Source: Magallana gigas (taxonomy: Eukaryota). Taken from it: a stretch of 64,000 bases of DNA. The position numbers were made by a program, and so were the translations under genes. The first letter of the stretch is position 1; each line of letters starts with the position of its first letter. Below the pieces are notes generated by a model, which had not been told where the DNA came from, made no database searches, and saw only the letters and a list, made by a program, of their open reading frames with translations. The stretch covers positions 30,380,001 to 30,444,000 of the forward strand of contig NC_088859.1 in assembly GCF_963853765.1 (NCBI RefSeq), in the 5' to 3' direction. This document shows positions 57,901-64,000 of this stretch, piece by piece.

Positions 57901-60896
57901 TTTGATATTTTGAGATCCCCCCCCCCCCCCACTAAAAACCAGACAGTAGAATTGAGTATTTTTTATATATCAGTTAAAAAAATAGTATTACTAATCACAT
58001 TACAATTTGAGGAAAATCGCTATTGTAGTATTTTTTGAAATCTGTTTCGAAGTGCGGAAATTGACAATTTCCTTTATATTGCTACAGTGAATGTACCTGT
58101 ATTTATAGATGGCCCCGAAAAAAACCCAGACGGAAGACTTTCACAAATAAAATTAAGTTGGTTTAAATTACATATGGTCAAAAAGATTATTTAAAAAATT
58201 GCTATTGTCGTTTTTCGGCAAAAATCCCAAATCGGCATCCTTAAATTTTTACATTTTGTCATAATGAACAGAATATCTGTAATAAAATGGTCAATTCTTT
58301 ATGGTTAGTCTAATAGAATAAAAGTCTTTTGAAACCGTAAGCAAGGTTGTATAAGAGTAATAATACATGCATTAATGGTTAAATATCTTTCCTGTTTTAA
58401 TAACAGGCAATTCACCAGTTTAGCAAACTCTTGCACATAGTCCAAAACTCATATATTTACATTTACATGTTTAAAATGAAGCTTTTCAATTTATTCATAT
58501 GCATGGAAGGTAGTTTTGATTGTTTTTACCATTATAGTTATATAATCCCTAGGGAAGGCGATAGTAAATATTTTAATTATTAACGATGTTTGATAAACCA
58601 ATTGCATATTGGGATTAATGATATGCGTAGGTTACATTACGTCCATGAGATGGCATTGAATTTAAACATTATTGGTCATTTACAAGAAGGATGCTCGCTC
58701 TTTTTCAAACTTCGGAAATGGCATCCATCTTATCAAAGAGCAATGCCTGAACAAATCTTGCGGATGCAGAGTATTTGCGGAGAAAGAGAAACCCTTAAAT
58801 TGCCATTAGAAAATAATTTTTAATAGAGATATCCGCTAATAAATTTGACATATTAGTCTCAATGAAAAGCGGGCGAAAACACCACGTCAATAAAATGGTT
58901 TCTACAATCGGGCGTTTTTATGAGGAGATCAATACGTTTCGCCTTTCAGTCACGCCGATAGTGACGGCGGACGCACGCATGCTCGCCATTTCCTTTTTAA
59001 GCATTGAAAACGTGACGCGTGCATGTGGCGATAGGGCACGCGTTTACTTGTCTTCGGTCACACGTTGTGAAATGAAGATTTCATACAGGAACTCCGAATG
59101 CGGCATTATACGGACGGAAATGGGCTATTTGTTTGTGCAGAGGGGAAAAGGCCAAAACCGTCAATGAAGACAGTAATGTGGTTTTCACTCCGACTGGTCA
59201 AAGGTTATATCGATGGATGCTCTATCATTCTCAAAATAGTCACAAATCATCAATTTTTGAACAAAACCGTTTTAAAATGTAAAAATAATGCAATATATCA
59301 AATATTTTATAGGTATGAAATGTGTACTTGGTTTAAAATATAAATATTTATTGCTTTGAAAATTTGAAATTAAGTTTCATAGAAGACGTGGATCATCTTC
59401 CACCAAAGGTATAATTGTCTTAAGCACAACGCATTGCATAAGTAGAATTTATCTGCTCCTTATGGTGACAAATCTTGCCACCGAAGCCCCTTTCTCATAA
59501 TTTAAATATCTATGAAATTGCTACTAATCCAAACCACTGAGTCTTAAATTCTATCTTCAAAATTCCCCCAAAAGTCACGCAATTTAGATTATAAAAACAT
59601 GTGCTGTCGTTGGTTTAAAGCTCTATCGTGGATCACAGTAGCAAAAGATGACACTAAAATAACTTATCTAAAACGAAATCCTAATATTCTAAAAAAAAAA
59701 AAAGAAAAGAAAGAAAGAAGAAATTTGAAAGGAAGGAATCTTAAGACACAAGATTACACTTAACCATCGAAGGAGAAGAGGAAGTTACATCGTGATATCT
59801 GGATCACGTGGTATACCTTGTCCCCAATGATCGCTGGCTTCCGTATTTCGGCGAAAAAAACGTTAAATGGATGACATAATTGTATTGTCCGTAAACTTTG
59901 GTAAGTGATAAATATATATTGTGGATAAGGTTGTATAAATTTTTGTGATTTTTTACGATGTTTCCAAGAAGCAGCATGTTGGGCTTAATCGCATCAAATA
60001 ATTTTTTAAGGGGAAAGGGGGGGGGTGGTATTTTTTAAAAAAGTTATTTTTTGTTGTTGTTGTTAAACATGCTAATACTTGGATTGACAGACTTGGGAAC
60101 TGAGAGAGGACGAAAATAGGGACACTTACGTATGGACCCTCTTCAATGTAGGACACGCCCCCTCCAGTATATATTATCCTCCTCAGCAATTTTAACAGCG
60201 GTAACTGGCAAATATCACCTGGAGCGACACGTAATATGCCACTTTCCTCACTGGTAAGTAATCTTCATCCATTTGCTTAAGTATACATAGGGTACATATC
60301 ATTTTAAAAAATGTCATCTTTTTAAAAAAAAAATTCGGATTGATTTTTAACCTTTTTTTTCCATTTCTAATGACGTCTTAGTTATTTATCACTCTAAATA
60401 TTTGTTTATTTTTAACAAATGTTAACTTAAATCAAATTTAAATATTAAAGCTACACGTGTTCTCCTTACGATGCTTTTACACTAGCACGAAAGCTCTGCT
60501 GGTATGAAATGAAAAACAGCAGGGACAACGGGTTTTTTCATAAAATATTTTCTGGATCCTAGAAATTCGACGGACAGAGGTGTATTTGTATGTAAACAAC
60601 TCGGAACAATGGACTCTTATGTTCCATAAGAGTCGGGCTCTTATCTAATTCCTATTTGACATCTTATACATGTAGAAGTTTTACCGTTATCTTCAGATCT
60701 GGAGTAGAATTTAGAGTGATGACGCACGAAAACAAGGGTGCCTTCTTTCCCCTTTTCCGCTGAAGGGAAAGGTTTGTGTTCAAAATATCGTCCATCTTGC
60801 CGATCGGGAAAAACCGCGAGTAAAATATGTTGACCCGGGAAAACCGACAGAATAAATTAATAAAAACCAAGCATCATATTTTTTTCTACATTGACA

Positions 60897-60958
<62 letters not shown>

Positions 60959-61122
60959 TTGATTGATTTGATTTGAACATATTTTTATTGTACAAAATTT
61001 ACAACAGGGATTGGGCACAAGTTCAAAAACTTAGACCGCCTTCTCCCAATACAAGTATATAATACAGTAAAAATAATGTATGCACAACATGTAAGGTCAA
61101 CAGATCATATGACAGTTATATA

Positions 61123-61182
<60 letters not shown>

Positions 61183-61899
61183 GAGAGATAAGAGCGAAAA
61201 ATATAGATTTCTTTGCTTACACAGAAATGCATTCTAATGCACCTACTAATTTTGATATTTTTTCACAAACGGTCAAAATGAAAACAAAACGTAAACAAAG
61301 AATTAAAGGCAATATAAGGGGTTGTGCAATGAGATGATTAAAGCTTCATTTTCTTGTGATTTTAAAGATATTAATACATTTGAAATTTTTAGTGTTTGCA
61401 AAAATAAAATGTTAGAAAAATATTTTCTGCATGTTTAAGTGCTCAATTCGTCAAAAGTTTTTATGTAAATCTGAAGGAGAGTAATCAACATTTATTTCTT
61501 CAAAATTAATTGCATCAATAAATAAATAACTTCATATCGCAACAAATATCAAGAAATCATGAATCGTTTGATCATTTTAGTGAATTACGATATCACTATT
61601 AAAATATCACAATGCGTTTCAACAACGTTATGACTTTTTACGTTCTGTCGATGAACCGCCAACGTTTACCAACGTCCTAGTCACCCTTGCCCCGCCGTCA
61701 CCAACATTTTGCTTAACTCAAATTCCCTAGAAAAGTGCCCATATATGAGATAAACCCTCAGCTTTGAGGCTGTAAATTATAAAAGTTGGTAACAGTGGGG
61801 CCAGGATCAATGCAACGTCATACCTTTTGTTGAAAATTTCATAGATCTGACATATTTTTAATTAACCATGAAATTATATTTCCAGTGGCGCTGAAAACA

Positions 61900-62559
61900 A
61901 TGTCGGCGGAGTACAGAGGCTGCACCACTTCCGTTGAAACGCCCCCTGTTTGTTTCGGTGACGTGTTGTGTCCGAGTGTATGTAAACTTACAGAATCTAG
62001 AAGTTCTACAAAGAGTTTGTCATGTGACTACGACGAGACTTTGATGAAAGAATGCGACGACAGCGACGATAATGTGTTTTATGACGTAAAACCAAAAGAC
62101 TCTGGTTACATTTGCCTACAAAGCATCCCTCTCTTACCGTCAAGAACATCGTATTGTAGTTCCTCCTCGGACGGGTTCCCCCAAGATGGACCTCTAGATC
62201 TCAGACAACGACGGTCAAGTTCTACCCAGGGGAAGGACAGCGAAAACGAACCAGTCTCTATACAGAAACTACGTCACAAAAGAATGTTTACCAATAGTCG
62301 GGAACGCTGGCGGCAACAGAACGTCAATGGCGCGTTTGCGGATCTTCGTAAACTCGTTCCGACGCACCCGCCAGATAAAAAACTCAGCAAACACGAAATT
62401 CTACGTTGTACTATACGCTATATCAGACTTTTAGAGAACGTTTTAGAATATCAGAGTCACGGTGACGTTAAACGTGTGAAAACAGAACAGGAAGTAAGTG
62501 AGGATTGGAACAGAGTTTACGAGGAATCGTCCGATGATGAAAGTCTGCATTCAGCGTAA
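61900..62559 (+). CDS. TAL1/SCL/LYL1-family bHLH transcription factor, 219 aa, single coding exon
   Basis: The bHLH is [52 protein letters not shown]. The ORF track start at 61885 is a GTG overlapping a splice acceptor (61884-61885); the first in-frame ATG is 61900. A probable 5'UTR exon ends at the donor 60254. One-to-one orthology among TAL1/TAL2/LYL1 cannot be assigned. Confidence 0.92.
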   Translation: MSAEYRGCTTSVETPPVCFGDVLCPSVCKLTESRSSTKSLSCDYDETLMKECDDSDDNVFYDVKPKDSGYICLQSIPLLPSRTSYCSSSSDGFPQDGPLDLRQRRSSSTQGKDSENEPVSIQKLRHKRMFTNSRERWRQQNVNGAFADLRKLVPTHPPDKKLSKHEILRCTIRYIRLLENVLEYQSHGDVKRVKTEQEVSEDWNRVYEESSDDESLHSA

Positions 62560-64000
62560 TACATTCTGTGTGTGGTGGTTTTTGTTGTAGTTTTCTTTAA
62601 AGGGGGTGGGAAGCATTGCATAGTCTTCAAAGATAATTACAAAATAAATTCATCAGGCTGATTTTGATGAGCTTGACTACTAGTATTTGCAAAGATATGT
62701 GTGCGTACGTTGTTGTTTATTTGTTTGGGTTTTCTTTAATATATACACTGTATATATTATAGTCCATACATATTTAATAAGCACGGCATTGGATTTATTA
62801 TTAACGAAATTTCAGCGTTATAGATCTAAAGGTCTGAACATGGTGGTGTTTACTGAAGAAATTCATTATCATTTTTCTTCCTGTAAATTCCTAAGTCGAA
62901 CGTTTGGATTTTGGGCAATGCATGAAAAAGTATTAGTCTCCTCTGTTTATTTTCATGTTAAGAGGGATGGATGGTCGTGTCTATTTTAAAACCATATTAA
63001 TCTCTTTGCAAAGAAGAGCTTTAAACAAATATAAAGGAAATTTTAAAGATTTCAAAGTTAAAGTATTTGGAATTTTTCTGCACTTTATAATAGTTCATGA
63101 TTAAATGATTAAAATGAAATGAAAATGTACTATTTAATAAACATATCTGAAACATTTTTAAAATTGTTGTTTTTGGGGGCCAAAATTAATAAGTGTCATA
63201 TGTACATGTACTGTGGTTTCATTATTTATTAAATAACAATGTTCGTGGATTTCGTTGTTGAGTTGATCCACGGAATTAGAGCAATATGAGCTGCAATGTT
63301 CATGTCGAAATTATTTATTGTGAAATCGAAACTTACGAATATTTTGACCAAATAAAAAAAATAATCATGTTATGATTCCGTTAGTCGCAGTGATGTGGGA
63401 AATGCTACTTAGTGGTCCTGATTGAAGTAAAACTACATTTTTGTCGTTTTCTATAAAAATTAGATTGCAATTATTCATTTGATATACTACTGGGTATTAG
63501 AGAATTTAAATCCTTCTTCTGGTAAAATTTAATTATTTATTTTAATCTTATATGTCATAAAGGTTTGTGTTACATACATGAAAAGATCAGAAACTAAAGT
63601 AAAATCTAATATAAAATATTCTTAAGATTTATTATGAAGTGGATATATAATTATACTTGATATCATAGCTATGATAATGTGTAAAAAAAAAAAAGTTGGT
63701 GTGGTGTAAACACGGCAACACCACTGTATGGTGGGGTAACAGAGGTAAAGTCGATTGAAGGCGCTTTTTAAAACAACGAAAATCTGCAAAGGCATTATAC
63801 TCTTTTCATAGAAGTTGAATACCCCCCCCCCTCCCCTTTTTATTATGTCAAAATGCAAGATAATTATGTTTACATGCAAGATAATGATGTCAGGTGCAAG
63901 TAACTTTCTATTTTTTTTTTAAAGAGAGAGAGAGAGAGGGAGAGAGAGAAAACCTGATTTCTATATTGTTTTAATCACTTTCTTACGCCTGCATCTGATA

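Noticed and set aside
56100-59220. CpG-richer blocks between FZR1 and TAL (ORFs 56600-57019 and 58862-59343)
   Set aside because: I could not build a coherent exon chain or find a domain. They resemble internal parts of non-autonomous DNA transposons, but I could not define the termini, so nothing is called.

Overview
AT-rich eukaryotic genomic DNA with GT-AG introns and three N-gaps (10136-10307, 19409-19596, 38161-38290). It is most likely a bivalve, probably the Pacific oyster Crassostrea/Magallana gigas; this is inferred from Cg170-like satellite monomers inside Helentron-type HINE elements. I reconstructed seven intact genes by hand from splice sites: two tandem 8-exon L-threonine 3-dehydrogenase (TDH) paralogs (-), a RING-less B-box/coiled-coil/NHL TRIM-like gene between them (-), a FAM167-like gene (-), EBP2 (+), CFAP144/FAM183 (-), FZR1/Cdh1 (+) and a TAL1/SCL-family bHLH gene (+). 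There is also a decayed Crypton-type (DUF3504) tyrosine recombinase and many nested non-autonomous DNA transposons. The main finding concerns the left TDH paralog. It keeps an intact catalytic ORF, but its ancestral ATG is now ATC, its mitochondrial presequence is frameshifted, and a new strong-context ATG has arisen (AAG to ATG) just before the Rossmann fold. This predicts a relocalised, probably cytosolic, TDH next to the canonical mitochondrial copy. Other notable items: a transposon-end-anchored tandem duplication, an IS3EU-like foldback insertion whose removal restores the Crypton reading frame, and a 63-bp TTAA-to-TTAA duplication around a Kolobok-like MITE. All calls were made by eye with no database searches, so family names for repeats are inferences.
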